Assembly (NCBI GenBank): GCA_965199955.1
Contig: CBDATQ010000001.1
Location: 960,001-1,024,000 of the forward strand
Source of the DNA: Spirochaetia bacterium
Lineage (GTDB): Bacteria; Spirochaetota; Spirochaetia; SZUA-6; Bin103
DNA: 64,000 nucleotides
Reading direction: 5' to 3'
Positions 17,219 to 27,265 of the stretch are shown piece after piece. Within the stretch, counting starts at the first letter, position 1. The number at the start of each line of letters is the position of its first letter. The position numbers and the translations under genes are program-made. The notes under the pieces are model-generated. The model did no database searches. It was not told where the DNA came from and saw only the letters and a program-made list of their open reading frames with translations.

Positions 17219-18624
17219 GCGTGCTCCTGCTCGCCCTGATCCTGGTCGCGGGCGCGGTGGGCGCGCAGACGATCGACGCCGATGAGAGTTCGACCGATGA
17301 GGTTTCGCTGTTCGGTTCCTCCGATGAGGAGCAAGGAGAGGAGGAGAGTCCGATCGACACCTCCGACCTGTTCGGCGGCGACGTGCTGGTCACCGAGGAC
17401 GCGGCCTCGGACGGAGCCGCCCTCGCGGCCGGTCCGCCGCCGGTCGAGATCGGCGGCTCGTACCGGTTCTCGCTGACCGGAGACGTGGCCTGGTCGTCGT
17501 TCGAGGAGCTGGCCGACGCGCCGCTGGAGCCGGAGTCGCACGGCGTCGGCGTCGACCTGGGCGCGACCGTGTTCCTGGACGCGCGGCCGGCGGACGACTT
17601 CCGCGTATTCGGCAAGATCGACCTGAGCTATCCGTTCACGACCGACGAGGACGCGCAGCCGCCCCGCGGCTTCGACGACATCGTCAGCGTCCGGGAGCTG
17701 TTCTCGGACTTCACGATCGGCGACGCGCTGTTCCTGCGCGGCGGCAAGCACACGATCGCCTGGGGGGTGGGGTACTTCTTCAGCCCGGCCGACGTGCTGA
17801 ACCTCACTTCCATCGACCCCGAGGACCCGGAAGCGGAACGCGAGGGGCCGGTGTCGCTGCGCGCCAACCTGCCGGTGGACTTCAACAATCTCTATCTCTA
17901 CGTGATCGCCGACCCCGGCGACGGCGGCGTGCAGCTCGCCGCCGCGCCCAAGGCGGAGTTCGTCGTGGGCGGCACCGAGATCGGCATCGGCGCCTTCTAC
18001 CACCGCGACCGGGTGCCGCGCGCCATGCTGACGCTGAGCACCAGCCTGCTGGACTTCGACCTGTTCGGGGAGCTGGAGGCCAGCCTGGGCTCGGACCGGC
18101 GCTTCGTGGAGCCGGCCGATCGCGGCCCCGACACCCCGCACGGGCTGCGCGCCGTGCGCAACACCGACGATCCGTTCGCGGCCGCCACCGGCGGGCTGCG
18201 GTACACCTACCGGCCCGAGGAAGGCGACTGGTCCGCGACCTTCGCCGGCCAGTACCTGTGGAACGGTGAAGGCTACGAGGACGCGGCGGTCCTGCGCGAC
18301 AACCGCCGCGGCGTCATGAAGCTGCTGGAGGCGGGCGACCTGAGCTTCGGCGACCTGGTCTACCCCGGCCGGCACTACGCGGCGGCGTCAGCCAGCGTCG
18401 GACTCGGCCGCACCGCGGACTGGTCGATGGGCGTGTTCTGGCTCTCCAACCTGAGCGACGGCTCGGCGCGGGTGTCGCCGTCGGTCACCTTCCGGCCGGC
18501 GGACCGGCTCACCCTGCGCGCCGCCGCCTCGGTCACCTATGGCGAAGAAGGGGCGGAGATGACTCCGTTCGGCACCCGCGTCGGCGCCTCCCTTACCGCC
18601 ACCCTCGGCTCAGGGAGATTCTGA
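17215..18624 (+). CDS. putative outer-membrane beta-barrel protein
   Basis: Signal peptide, acidic linker, 'RGGKHTIAWGVGYFFSPAD', amphipathic strands, terminal Phe (GSGRF). Confidence 0.65.
   Translation: MSVLLLALILVAGAVGAQTIDADESSTDEVSLFGSSDEEQGEEESPIDTSDLFGGDVLVTEDAASDGAALAAGPPPVEIGGSYRFSLTGDVAWSSFEELADAPLEPESHGVGVDLGATVFLDARPADDFRVFGKIDLSYPFTTDEDAQPPRGFDDIVSVRELFSDFTIGDALFLRGGKHTIAWGVGYFFSPADVLNLTSIDPEDPEAEREGPVSLRANLPVDFNNLYLYVIADPGDGGVQLAAAPKAEFVVGGTEIGIGAFYHRDRVPRAMLTLSTSLLDFDLFGELEASLGSDRRFVEPADRGPDTPHGLRAVRNTDDPFAAATGGLRYTYRPEEGDWSATFAGQYLWNGEGYEDAAVLRDNRRGVMKLLEAGDLSFGDLVYPGRHYAAASASVGLGRTADWSMGVFWLSNLSDGSARVSPSVTFRPADRLTLRAAASVTYGEEGAEMTPFGTRVGASLTATLGSGRF
18529..18568 (+). repeat. 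40-bp imperfect direct repeat, copy 1 (inside the beta-barrel gene 3' end)
   Basis: tcggtcacctatggcgaagaaggggcggagatgactccgt; 36/40 identical to 19287-19326. Confidence 0.9.
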
Positions 18625-18627
18625 GTA

Positions 18628-18647
18628 GTGGTACTTGATGTGGTACT
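18628..18647 (+). promoter_or_regulatory. putative hicAB operator
   Basis: GTGGTACT at 18628 and 18640, overlapping a TACTAT -10-like box, just upstream of hicA. Confidence 0.45.
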
Positions 18648-18660
18648 ATGAACGATTGCA

Positions 18661-18915
18661 ATGCGAGGGAAGCACCGTCGCACGCTGGGCGACGTCCTCA
18701 GGAAGCCGCCCCCCGGTGGAATTCGATGGGAAGATCTCGTCGCCATGTTGCACGCGGCCGGCGTCGAGGTCACGCAGCGCTCCGGATCGCGGGTGGTGCT
18801 GAAGAGAGGCGCAGAACGGATCGTGGTGCATCGACCGCATCCGGAGCCGGAAGTGGGCCGAGCGACGGTGCGTGACATCGCCGCGTTCCTTGATGCCGTA
18901 GGAGTCAGGCCATGA
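18661..18915 (+). CDS. hicA: type II toxin HicA
   Basis: IRWEDL..GSRV..VHRPHPE, 84 aa. Confidence 0.85.
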   Translation: MRGKHRRTLGDVLRKPPPGGIRWEDLVAMLHAAGVEVTQRSGSRVVLKRGAERIVVHRPHPEPEVGRATVRDIAAFLDAVGVRP

Positions 18916-19244
18916 TGGAATACAGGGGGTATGCCGCCGAGATCGAATTCGATGGCTCTGTGGGTCGCCTGCACGGACGGGTCGTGAACAGTGGGGCGTA
19001 TCCGATCGCCACCTTCGAGGCGACCGACGTCGAGGGGCTGCGGAGGGAGTTTCAGCGCTCGATCGACGAGTATCTGGCTTCCTGCGCAGAAGACGGTGTC
19101 GAGCCACGGAAGCCTTTTTCGGGCAAGCTCAACGTGCGCTTGGGTCCGGAGTTGCACCAGCGACTGGCGCGCTCGGCGGCAGCGAGCGGCATGAGCCTGA
19201 ACGGTTGGATCCGGCAAGCGCTGGAGAAGAGCGTGACCGGGTGA
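18912..19244 (+). CDS. hicB: type II antitoxin HicB
   Basis: MEYRGY..IDEYL..PRKPFSGKLNVRLGPELH..SLNGWI (RHH); ATGA overlap with hicA. Confidence 0.9.
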   Translation: MMEYRGYAAEIEFDGSVGRLHGRVVNSGAYPIATFEATDVEGLRREFQRSIDEYLASCAEDGVEPRKPFSGKLNVRLGPELHQRLARSAAASGMSLNGWIRQALEKSVTG

Positions 19245-19286
19245 CGTGACGCGCGACGAAGCCTGCGCTCAGGCTCGGCGAGGACT

Positions 19287-19326
19287 TCGGTCACCTATGC
19301 CGAGGACGGGGCGGAGATGACCCCGT
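19287..19326 (+). repeat. 40-bp imperfect direct repeat, copy 2 (intergenic)
   Basis: tcggtcacctatgccgaggacggggcggagatgaccccgt. Confidence 0.9.
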
Positions 19327-22300
19327 CTACGGCTCGGGCTCGGCGAGGAGCTCGCCAGCGTCGATGCGGGAACGGGTGGCGGCCAGCGCCGCGCCGAGCT
19401 CGTCCGCGTCGGGGAGGTAGCTGGTGCCGGCGCGCAGGAAGTATAGCGCGGCGGCCGGCGCGTGGCCAACCGCCTGCTGCAGGGCGGCGGCGTAGAGGGC
19501 GACCTGGCCAAGGTAGGGGGCCGCCGCCCGCTTGAGCCGCCCGCGCGTCACGTCGTCGGTCTTGAAGTCGACGAGGTGCCAGCGCCCGGAGTGCTCGTAG
19601 GCCAGGTCGATGGTGCCGTGCACGGGGGCGCCGTCCCAGTACCAGCCGAACGGAAGCTCGAAGTGCGCTCGCGTGCCGGGGCTGCGCAGCACCCGCGCCA
19701 GCTCGCTGCCGTCGAAGCGGTCGAGCATGTCTTCCACCTCGGCCATGGCGCGCAGCCCGGCGGGGTAGCCCGCGGTGGCGTGCAAGCGTCCCAGCAGAGG
19801 CCTCAGGTCCGGGCGGGTCCCGGTGGTGAACCAGACCCGGATCGCGTTGTGCGCGAGGGTGCCTCGCACCAGTGCCAGCCCGTCCCCGTGGCCTGCGGAT
19901 CCGGCAGGCGCGGACGGCGGGCGTAGGGACGTGACCGGGGTGCTTGTGCGCAGCGGGATCACCGCGGGGCGGTCGACCAGCGGCGCGTCCACCGTCCGTT
20001 CGCCGGAGGCCGGCGGGATCGCGACCTCCACGGGTGGGCCGGCACGCGCGATCGTGTCCAGGTCGACCGGCGCGGGCTCGCGTAGCTCCACCCGAGACGT
20101 GTCCATGCCGCGCAGCGTCTCCCGGCACATCGCCAGCCAGCTCCTTTCTCGGCCGCCGTCATCGCCGCTCAGGTACAACCGGTCGGCCGCGCGGGTGGCC
20201 GCGACGTAGAGTAGCCGGCGGTACTCGGCGTCTTCCTCGCGCCGATCGAGATCGAGCAGGTAGCGATACAGCCCCGGACGCCGGCGGCGTTCGTCGGCCG
20301 AGGCGGCGTCCGCTTTCAGGGTTACGGAGATGCCGTCGTCGACGCGCCAGCGGATGCTGTCGTGGGTTTCCGGAGCGCGGACGTGCGCTTCGGGCACGAA
20401 GACGATCGGGAACTCCAGCCCCTTGGCGCCGTGGATGGTCAGCAGCCGCACCGCGTCGGTCCGGTCGACCACCGCCAGCCCTTCGCGGTCGACCAGCTCG
20501 TCGCGCCGCCGGCGCAGATAGGTGACCGTCTCGTCGATCGAGCGGCCGGCCAGCGTGCGCAGGATTGTCACCAGCTTGCGGATGTTGGCCAGCGCCTGCT
20601 CGCCGCCGCGCAACGGCGCCCAGGCGGCTTCGAAGCCGGTGACGGCCAGCGCGCGCTCGACGATCGCGTCCGGCGGCTCCAGCGCCGCGGCATCGCACAG
20701 CTCCTTGAGCACAGCCGCGGCGTGCGTGCAGCGCCGCCGGGCGGCGCCGGCTACCTCGTCGGGTGGATGGTCGAGCGCGCGCATCCAGCTCCGATCCGCG
20801 GCGTGGCAGGCCAGCAGCGTTCGGTCGTCGATCATGAACAGGGGCGAGCGCAGCGCGCCGACCAGGGCGATGTGGTCGTCCGGCTCCGAGAGCCACGCCA
20901 GCAGGTTGGTCAGGTCGCGGACCTCCTGGCGGGTGAAGAACCCGGCGCCCGCGGGCGTGACGTACGGCACGCCGTGGCCCTCCAGCGCCTGCTCGAAGAC
21001 GTGCACGTTGGCCAGCCGGCGCATCAGGACCGCCACGTCCCGCGGGGTCGCCGGCCGCTCGGCCCCCCGGCTTCCGTCCCACACCGTCGCGCCGCCGTCG
21101 AGCAGCCCGGCGATCTCGCCCGCCACCACGTCGGCCTCGACCCGCCGGCGGTTCGCGTCCGCGCTTCCGTCGCTGCCGGAGGCCTTGGCAACCGGGATCA
21201 CGGTCAGGTGGGGGCCGGCGCCCCCGGCCGGGCCGCGGCCCGACATGGGCTGCATGCGGACGCTGCCGGGGCCAGCGCCGGCAGCGAACACGCGTTCGAA
21301 TAGAGCATTGCATACCGACACCAACTCGTCATGGGTCCGAAAGGACTGCGTCAGGGCGCGGACCGACCCTCCGGCGCGGCCGATCTCCGCCTCGTAGCGA
21401 TTGAAGTGGGCGACGTCGCTGCCGCGGAACCGGTAGATGGACTGCTTGGCGTCGCCGACCAGGAACCGCCGCGGCCCGCTGCCGTTGCCGCCGGTGAGCA
21501 GGCGCAGCAGGCGGACCTGCGTCTCGTTCAGATCCTGCGCCTCGTCCACCATGACGTGCCGGAGCCGCGCGCGGTAGCGGGCGGCGATCTCCGGGTGGCG
21601 TTCCAGGAGGCGGATCGCCTCCAGCTCCAGGTCCAGGTAGTCGCATGCCAAAAGCTCGGCCTTGCGCGTCCGGTAGCGGCGGCAGGCGTCCTGGAACAGA
21701 GCCTGCAGCGCCGAGGCCACCCGCAGGGCGTCCGCTTCGTACGCCTCCCAGCGGGGCGCCTCCCGCAGGCGCCCGGCGGCTTCGCGGACCGACTTCAGGT
21801 GCTCCTTGACGAGTTTCACGTCCTCCCAGTTCTTCTGACTGCCCACGTTGACCTTGATCAGGGGCCCCTGTGCGGCGAGCGCCTCGGCGAGCCGGCCGGG
21901 CTCCGCGGGAAGCGGATCGCCGAGCGCGTCGAGGAGGCCCCCGACCTGCTGCGCCAGCTTGTCGGCAGGCGCGGCTCCCGCGTGGGCGCGGCGCAGGTCG
22001 GCGACCAAGCGTTCCAGCTCGGGCCGCTCCGCGTCGACCGCGTCCCTCAGCGAGGCGTCGAGCAGCCGGCGAACGTGGCGGGACCAGTCATCGACGGTCG
22101 AGCCGGCCAGCCTGCCGAACGCGGTTCGGACCTCGTCGCGGCGCTCGATCATCCGCGGCAGCTGCTCGCTCAGCGGGAACACGTCGAGCTCCCGTATCGC
22201 CAGGGCACGGCCGTCGTCCGCCTGCGCCGCGTCCTCCAGCGCGTCTCCGGCGGAGCCGATCCGTTCGTACTCCGCCTCATCGTCGGGCAGGATGCGCGCC

Positions 22301-22632
22301 GCGGCGATCGCCCCGGCGGCCACCGGATGCTCGCGCAGCACCTGCAGGCAGAGCGAGTGAATGGTGCCGATCACGGCCTGATCGATGTCGGGGAGATGGC
22401 CGGCCAACTCCGGCCGGCTGCGCACCTCGCGGCGCACGCGCTCGCGCATCTCGGTCGCGGCGGCGTCGGTGAAGGTCACCGCGGCGATCTCGGGGATGCG
22501 GCAGTCGTCGAGCAGCGCGACGTAGCGCTCGACCAGCACGCGGGTCTTGCCGCTGCCGGCCCCGGCGGAAACCAGGATGTCGGCGTTGCGGTCGGCGACC
22601 ACCGCCGCCTGTTGCCGGGTCAGCTCTTCCAT
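19327..22632 (-). CDS. addA: UvrD-type helicase with C-terminal nuclease (AddA-like)
   Basis: AGAGSGKT, TFTDAAA, VDEAQD, GDAKQSIYRFRG, TIHGAKGLEF, YVAATRA, nuclease GTIDL..VDFKT..QVALY. Confidence 0.85.
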   Translation of the reverse strand: MEELTRQQAAVVADRNADILVSAGAGSGKTRVLVERYVALLDDCRIPEIAAVTFTDAAATEMRERVRREVRSRPELAGHLPDIDQAVIGTIHSLCLQVLREHPVAAGAIAAARILPDDEAEYERIGSAGDALEDAAQADDGRALAIRELDVFPLSEQLPRMIERRDEVRTAFGRLAGSTVDDWSRHVRRLLDASLRDAVDAERPELERLVADLRRAHAGAAPADKLAQQVGGLLDALGDPLPAEPGRLAEALAAQGPLIKVNVGSQKNWEDVKLVKEHLKSVREAAGRLREAPRWEAYEADALRVASALQALFQDACRRYRTRKAELLACDYLDLELEAIRLLERHPEIAARYRARLRHVMVDEAQDLNETQVRLLRLLTGGNGSGPRRFLVGDAKQSIYRFRGSDVAHFNRYEAEIGRAGGSVRALTQSFRTHDELVSVCNALFERVFAAGAGPGSVRMQPMSGRGPAGGAGPHLTVIPVAKASGSDGSADANRRRVEADVVAGEIAGLLDGGATVWDGSRGAERPATPRDVAVLMRRLANVHVFEQALEGHGVPYVTPAGAGFFTRQEVRDLTNLLAWLSEPDDHIALVGALRSPLFMIDDRTLLACHAADRSWMRALDHPPDEVAGAARRRCTHAAAVLKELCDAAALEPPDAIVERALAVTGFEAAWAPLRGGEQALANIRKLVTILRTLAGRSIDETVTYLRRRRDELVDREGLAVVDRTDAVRLLTIHGAKGLEFPIVFVPEAHVRAPETHDSIRWRVDDGISVTLKADAASADERRRRPGLYRYLLDLDRREEDAEYRRLLYVAATRAADRLYLSGDDGGRERSWLAMCRETLRGMDTSRVELREPAPVDLDTIARAGPPVEVAIPPASGERTVDAPLVDRPAVIPLRTSTPVTSLRPPSAPAGSAGHGDGLALVRGTLAHNAIRVWFTTGTRPDLRPLLGRLHATAGYPAGLRAMAEVEDMLDRFDGSELARVLRSPGTRAHFELPFGWYWDGAPVHGTIDLAYEHSGRWHLVDFKTDDVTRGRLKRAAAPYLGQVALYAAALQQAVGHAPAAALYFLRAGTSYLPDADELGAALAATRSRIDAGELLAEPEP

Positions 22633-25529
22633 CGACTGAACTGATTGACGCGGCACGCGTGCTGGAAGGCGCAGTACCAGGGACAGGGCTGGACGTTCGG
22701 GCTGACCCGGAAATCGCCGGCCTCCACCGCTGCGCGCACCTCGCCGGCGCGCGCCACGACGCCGTCGATGAGCTCGCGGTCGGCGGGATCGTCAGAGTCG
22801 AGCTGCCACTGCGCGTGGCGTGCGCGCAACCAGGTGTAGCGGGCGATCACCCGCCCGGCCTGCTCCCGCGCCCGCGCCAGGTACGCGTACAGGGGAAGCT
22901 GCACCCTGATGTCGCCGTCCAGTTCCCTGCGGCTGATGGAGCCGCCCGTCTTGTAGTCCACGACCACCGCCAGGCCGGAGGCCGCGTCCAGGCGGTCGAT
23001 CTTGGCTCCAACCGCGAGCGGCGGTTCCAGCGGCAGCGCGGACTCGATCCGGGTCTCGGTGCCGAGCAGCGCGGTGACTCCGTCCGCGGCGCACCGCTCG
23101 GCTTCGGCTCGCAACAGATCTTCCAGCCGCTCCAGCGCCGGCTCGCGCTCGATCCGCCACAGCCCCACCCGGCCGAACCCGTGCTCGTCCGGGGCCCGCT
23201 CCCAGATCCCCTTGCCGCTGGTATGGAGGCGTGCGACGGCGTTGTCGACGGTATCCGGCGTGAGCGGCGTATCGGTCGCGTTCAGGTCCGCGAGCGCGTC
23301 CTGCAGCATCGCGTGCATGACCGTGCCGCGTGTCGCCGCGTCGGCGGAGTCCTGCTCTTCGTCCAGCTCGCGGAGGCGGAGCGCGTAGCGCCCGAAGAAC
23401 TGGAAGGCGCAGGTCCGGTAACTCTCGAGTCGTGTCGCGCTCCACACGGCCTGCGCGTCGGTCAGCTCGGGACGCAGACCGGGGCCGACCGCGCCCTCGA
23501 ATGCGCCGGCATGGACGAACGACCGCCGTCGCTGCTCGATCTGCGCGGCGACACGCACGACCTCCCACGCAGGGCCGGCATCGGGCCGCGCGGCGCTGCC
23601 GCGGCTCCACCCGCTGGTGCACGCGATCGCCAGCTCCCGCCGCGAGGCGGCCTCGGCCGGCTCGGGCGCTCCGGTCTCGTCCGCCTGGTCGCCCGCGGCG
23701 TCGTCGAAGTAGAGCGAGGCCGCCACCTGCCGGCCGCGCTCGTCCAGGCGCGTCCGCCAGGCGGTGAGCGCCGTGTCGGCGCGGCTGCGCACGGACAGCC
23801 ACAGCTCGTCCTCGGTCGGTTCCGGAGGCGGCGGCAATTCCAGACCGGCCGCGGCCAGCGCCTTCCTCGCATCCCGGGACAGGAGCAGCGGCTCCGAGCG
23901 TGACGCGGAAAACTCGCCTTCCACCAGGCCGCCTGCTTCCAGGTGGGCCAGCCGCAGACCCGACAGCGCGCTCATCGGCGCCAGGAGCACGCCGCCCGCT
24001 TCGCGCATAATCGCCGCCGGCGCCTCCATGCGCGCCAGGAGACGCTCCACGAACGCCGCGAACGGCACCGGCTCCTCCTGGATGGCGTCGTCCGCGGCGG
24101 CGATGTCGTCCAGGTGCCCGCGGAGCGCATCGATCTCGGCGATGAGACCCGGTTCGGTGCGGACGTCGGCACGGATGAGCGGCGGCTGGCCGAACAGCGC
24201 GGCCTTTACCTGCCGCGCGTGCGCGCCGGCGGGCGCGGGCGGCGGTTCCAGGAATGCGTAGAGGTACGAGAGCACGGCAGTGAGACCCCGCGCCTCCATG
24301 CCGGGGAGGCTCGGTCCTTGCTCACGCTCGCCGCCGGTCCTGTCAGGCTCCTGTTCTTTCTTCGGCGCCAGCAGCGCCAGCCGGTCCAGCGCGTCGCGTC
24401 CGGCCCAAAGATGATGCTGCCGCCCGCAGCGCGCGATGCGGGTGATCTGCCACGGGTCGAGTCCGAAGCGGCGGCAGTCGATGAAGCCGCTTCCGAGCAC
24501 GGTGATCAGGTCGCGGAGCCGCCACCCCTCGGCCGACAGGCGCAGCAACCGCCGTACCCAGACGCCGAGCGGGCGGTTGGCGAGCGGTTCGCCGTCCACC
24601 GGGTCGAGCGGCAGGTCGTACTCGGCGAACACCTGCCGCGCCAGGCCGAGAACGGGACCGAGCCGGCGGAAGGTCACCCCACAGTCCGATGGCCGCAGGC
24701 TGCGGTCGTCGGTCAGCCGCCGCTTGATGGCGCGCGCCATGGCGCGTAGCCCCGCTTCGCGGTCGGCGGCAACGCACCCCTGCATCCGCGGCGCCGACGC
24801 GCGCCCGCCGGAGCGTTCGATGACCGCATCCGGGAGCCGCCCGCGCAGGCGCTCGTACGAGTGGCGGGCGCGCTCACCGGCGTCGGGATCGAACGCCAGC
24901 AGAAGGTCGCGGTTGCGGGCCAGCGCGGCCAGCAGGCGGAGCTCGCCGCCGTGAAAGAACCGGAAGCCGTCGACGATCACCAGGAACGGCAGTCCGGCCG
25001 CGTCGCCGGCAGCCGCGGCCGCGGCGGGCAGCGCCGCCGGCGCGAGCCACCCGTGCCCCTCCAGCTCGCGGCGCCAGGCTCCGTAGATGGCTGCGACCGC
25101 CGCGAGCTGCGGGTCGCCGGTGGCGGCGGCGGCCGCGGTGAAACGGTCCGCGAAGACATCCTCGGCCAGCAACTCATCCACCGCCGCCCACAGCAGCGGC
25201 AGCGCGGCCGCCGCGCCCAGGGGCGCGAAGTGCGCGGCGGCTCCGGATGCGATCTGCCGGTACGCGACGCTGCCGAGCAGCTCGCGCGAGGCGCCGATCG
25301 AGGCGGTAGCGGTCCCGGTGTGGAGCCTGCGGGCCACTCCGCGTGGCGTCTCCACCTGCAGGTCGAGCGCCACGCCGCACAGCGCCAGCAGCCGTCGCCG
25401 GAACTGGTCGCCGTGCCGGACGGTCGGCACCACCACCAGAGTGGCCGCGAACGGGTTCATCCGGTAACGCTCCGCCGCCCGCCGGAGCAGGGCCTCGGTC
25501 TTCCCGGAGCCGGCTGGCCCGACGATCAA
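22620..25529 (-). CDS. addB: AddB-like subunit with PD-(D/E)XK nuclease and Fe-S cysteines
   Basis: GPAGSGKT; WSATRLESYRTCAF; KIDRLD..VDYKTG..QLPLY; C-terminal CPWYCAFQHAC; overlaps addA start. Start uncertain (TTG 25529 or ATC 25544). Confidence 0.8.
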   Translation of the reverse strand: MIVGPAGSGKTEALLRRAAERYRMNPFAATLVVVPTVRHGDQFRRRLLALCGVALDLQVETPRGVARRLHTGTATASIGASRELLGSVAYRQIASGAAAHFAPLGAAAALPLLWAAVDELLAEDVFADRFTAAAAATGDPQLAAVAAIYGAWRRELEGHGWLAPAALPAAAAAAGDAAGLPFLVIVDGFRFFHGGELRLLAALARNRDLLLAFDPDAGERARHSYERLRGRLPDAVIERSGGRASAPRMQGCVAADREAGLRAMARAIKRRLTDDRSLRPSDCGVTFRRLGPVLGLARQVFAEYDLPLDPVDGEPLANRPLGVWVRRLLRLSAEGWRLRDLITVLGSGFIDCRRFGLDPWQITRIARCGRQHHLWAGRDALDRLALLAPKKEQEPDRTGGEREQGPSLPGMEARGLTAVLSYLYAFLEPPPAPAGAHARQVKAALFGQPPLIRADVRTEPGLIAEIDALRGHLDDIAAADDAIQEEPVPFAAFVERLLARMEAPAAIMREAGGVLLAPMSALSGLRLAHLEAGGLVEGEFSASRSEPLLLSRDARKALAAAGLELPPPPEPTEDELWLSVRSRADTALTAWRTRLDERGRQVAASLYFDDAAGDQADETGAPEPAEAASRRELAIACTSGWSRGSAARPDAGPAWEVVRVAAQIEQRRRSFVHAGAFEGAVGPGLRPELTDAQAVWSATRLESYRTCAFQFFGRYALRLRELDEEQDSADAATRGTVMHAMLQDALADLNATDTPLTPDTVDNAVARLHTSGKGIWERAPDEHGFGRVGLWRIEREPALERLEDLLRAEAERCAADGVTALLGTETRIESALPLEPPLAVGAKIDRLDAASGLAVVVDYKTGGSISRRELDGDIRVQLPLYAYLARAREQAGRVIARYTWLRARHAQWQLDSDDPADRELIDGVVARAGEVRAAVEAGDFRVSPNVQPCPWYCAFQHACRVNQFSRWKS

Positions 25530-25568
25530 GGTGGGGTGTGCGATGCCCGCTATCGTATCGTGCCGGGG

Positions 25569-26085
25569 TCAGGAGTACAGATACATGACTCGGTACCCTT
25601 GTATGAGTTCATGGCTAAACACCGCCTCGGCCTGCGCCTCCTTACGGCCTTCCATGCGCTCGGCGGCCAGCAGGGGGTCGTCATCCGGCCCGGTGCCCTC
25701 CGCGGCGCCCAGCGTTCGCGCCACTCGACGCAGTGCCGCCATGGTGGCGTGCGACAGCTCGGCCTCGTTCAGCGCCCAGTGGATCTCCTGCGTAGAGGGC
25801 GAGCTTGCCGCGGCGTACGTCGGCGGTGTTGTCCACCTCCAGCACCACGTCCGGCAACGCGTCGCTGCCGACCTCGATCGCGGCGCCCCACGGTCGCGTC
25901 GCGCGCGGGTGCAGATACACAGTCTGGTCGGCCTCCAGGATGCGCAGGTGATCGCCGTGGATGTCGCGCACCAGGAGGTCCGCGGCACCGAAGGTCTCGA
26001 TCGGCGAACCGCGCAGGTGGGCGATCGTCGTCAGCAGCCCTGCGAGGCGCTGCCCCGGCCGCTCGTGCGCCGTGGTCGCCGGCCG
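25569..26085 (-). pseudogene. Uma2-family endonuclease remnant
   Basis: Two frames: 'HERPGQRLAGL..EADQTVYLHP..PDVVLEVDNTADVRRGKLALYA' then 'EIHWALNE..GTGPDDDPLL'; no start, internal deletion. Confidence 0.65.
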
Positions 26086-26113
26086 CGCGGGGGTGGGTTA
26101 CGCTGAAGCTGCG

Positions 26114-27247
26114 ATGGACGACACGGGACGCGAACACACCGGCCTGTTTCCGCTCGATGGACGGCCGGCGATCATGCCGAGGGAGCAGCGCGACCGCGTC
26201 GCGGAGCGGTTTCCGCCAGCGCCGGCGGCGGACGAACACAGCCTGGCGGGCCGGCTGGCGCGCCTGAAGCGGCAGGCCAACGGCCGGGAGCCGTTCGTCT
26301 TCGACGAGGTGATGGAGCTGGCCTACCGCCCCGGTCCCGGTCTGAGCTTCATCGACAACACCTTCGTCGAGCACGACGGCAAGCTGTGGAACTTTCACAT
26401 CACCGGCTCGCCCGAGGACCTGGAGAAGGCCGACCCGCGCATCCGCAAGCTCGCCTACGAGTACACAGGCTACGCGGTCGGCAGCGGCCTGTTCGACCTG
26501 GAGTACCGCGGCCTGATCCTGAGCACGCCCCAGGGGGAGTGGGACTGCGTCGCCACCGGCGTGCCGGTGAACATCCATCCGTACGCGGGCGGCTTCGCCT
26601 GCGTCACCACGGGCGTGGGCATGCAGGGGACGCGCTGCGGCGTCGCGTTCTCCACCGATCTGCTCGACTGGCGCTACGACGAGCGCAACCCGCTGCTGCC
26701 GCCCCCGCCGTGGGCCGAGCCGTACGGCGCCTGCAAGGACAGCCACATCCTGCGCATCGGTGACACGTACCACATCTACTACATCGTCACCGCGAAGCTG
26801 GGCTACTCGGCGATCGCCCTGGCGACGACCACCGACTGGGACCGGTTCGAGCTGGCGCCGGAGCCGGTGTTCCTGTTCCCGGCCGGCCTGCGCGGCACCG
26901 GCGGCTGCGAGTCGCCGTGCGTGCTGGAGCGCGACGGCGTCTTCCACCTGTTCTTCTGCAACGGCCCCGGCACCTGGCACACGATCAGCGACCGGCCCGA
27001 CCGGTTCCCAGGCACCAACGGCATCTACCTGGTCGGACCGTTCGTCGCCGCCGAGGTGTTCCGCTTCGCCGGCCGCTGGTGGCTGTCGAGCACCCGCAAG
27101 GAAGACCTGCGCCGCAAGGACCGCCTGCGCGGCATCAGCCACCATGGCGACGTCGACGACGAGCGCCGCAACCTGGCCGGCATGTACGTCGCCGAAGTGA
27201 CCTGGGACGGCGACTTCCCGGTGCTCAGCCGCCCGACTCCCGCTTGA
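26114..27247 (+). CDS. glycoside hydrolase, five-bladed beta-propeller (GH32/43-like)
   Basis: FSTDLLDW, CKDSHILR..YHIYY, CESPCV..FHLFF, AAEV motifs. Confidence 0.7.
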   Translation: MDDTGREHTGLFPLDGRPAIMPREQRDRVAERFPPAPAADEHSLAGRLARLKRQANGREPFVFDEVMELAYRPGPGLSFIDNTFVEHDGKLWNFHITGSPEDLEKADPRIRKLAYEYTGYAVGSGLFDLEYRGLILSTPQGEWDCVATGVPVNIHPYAGGFACVTTGVGMQGTRCGVAFSTDLLDWRYDERNPLLPPPPWAEPYGACKDSHILRIGDTYHIYYIVTAKLGYSAIALATTTDWDRFELAPEPVFLFPAGLRGTGGCESPCVLERDGVFHLFFCNGPGTWHTISDRPDRFPGTNGIYLVGPFVAAEVFRFAGRWWLSSTRKEDLRRKDRLRGISHHGDVDDERRNLAGMYVAEVTWDGDFPVLSRPTPA

Positions 27248-27265
27248 GGATGATGCCTGCCGTTC

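Noticed and set aside
25584..25625. AT-richer imperfect inverted repeat (catgactc..gagttcatg) as an IS end
   Set aside because: No partner end, target duplication or transposase found.
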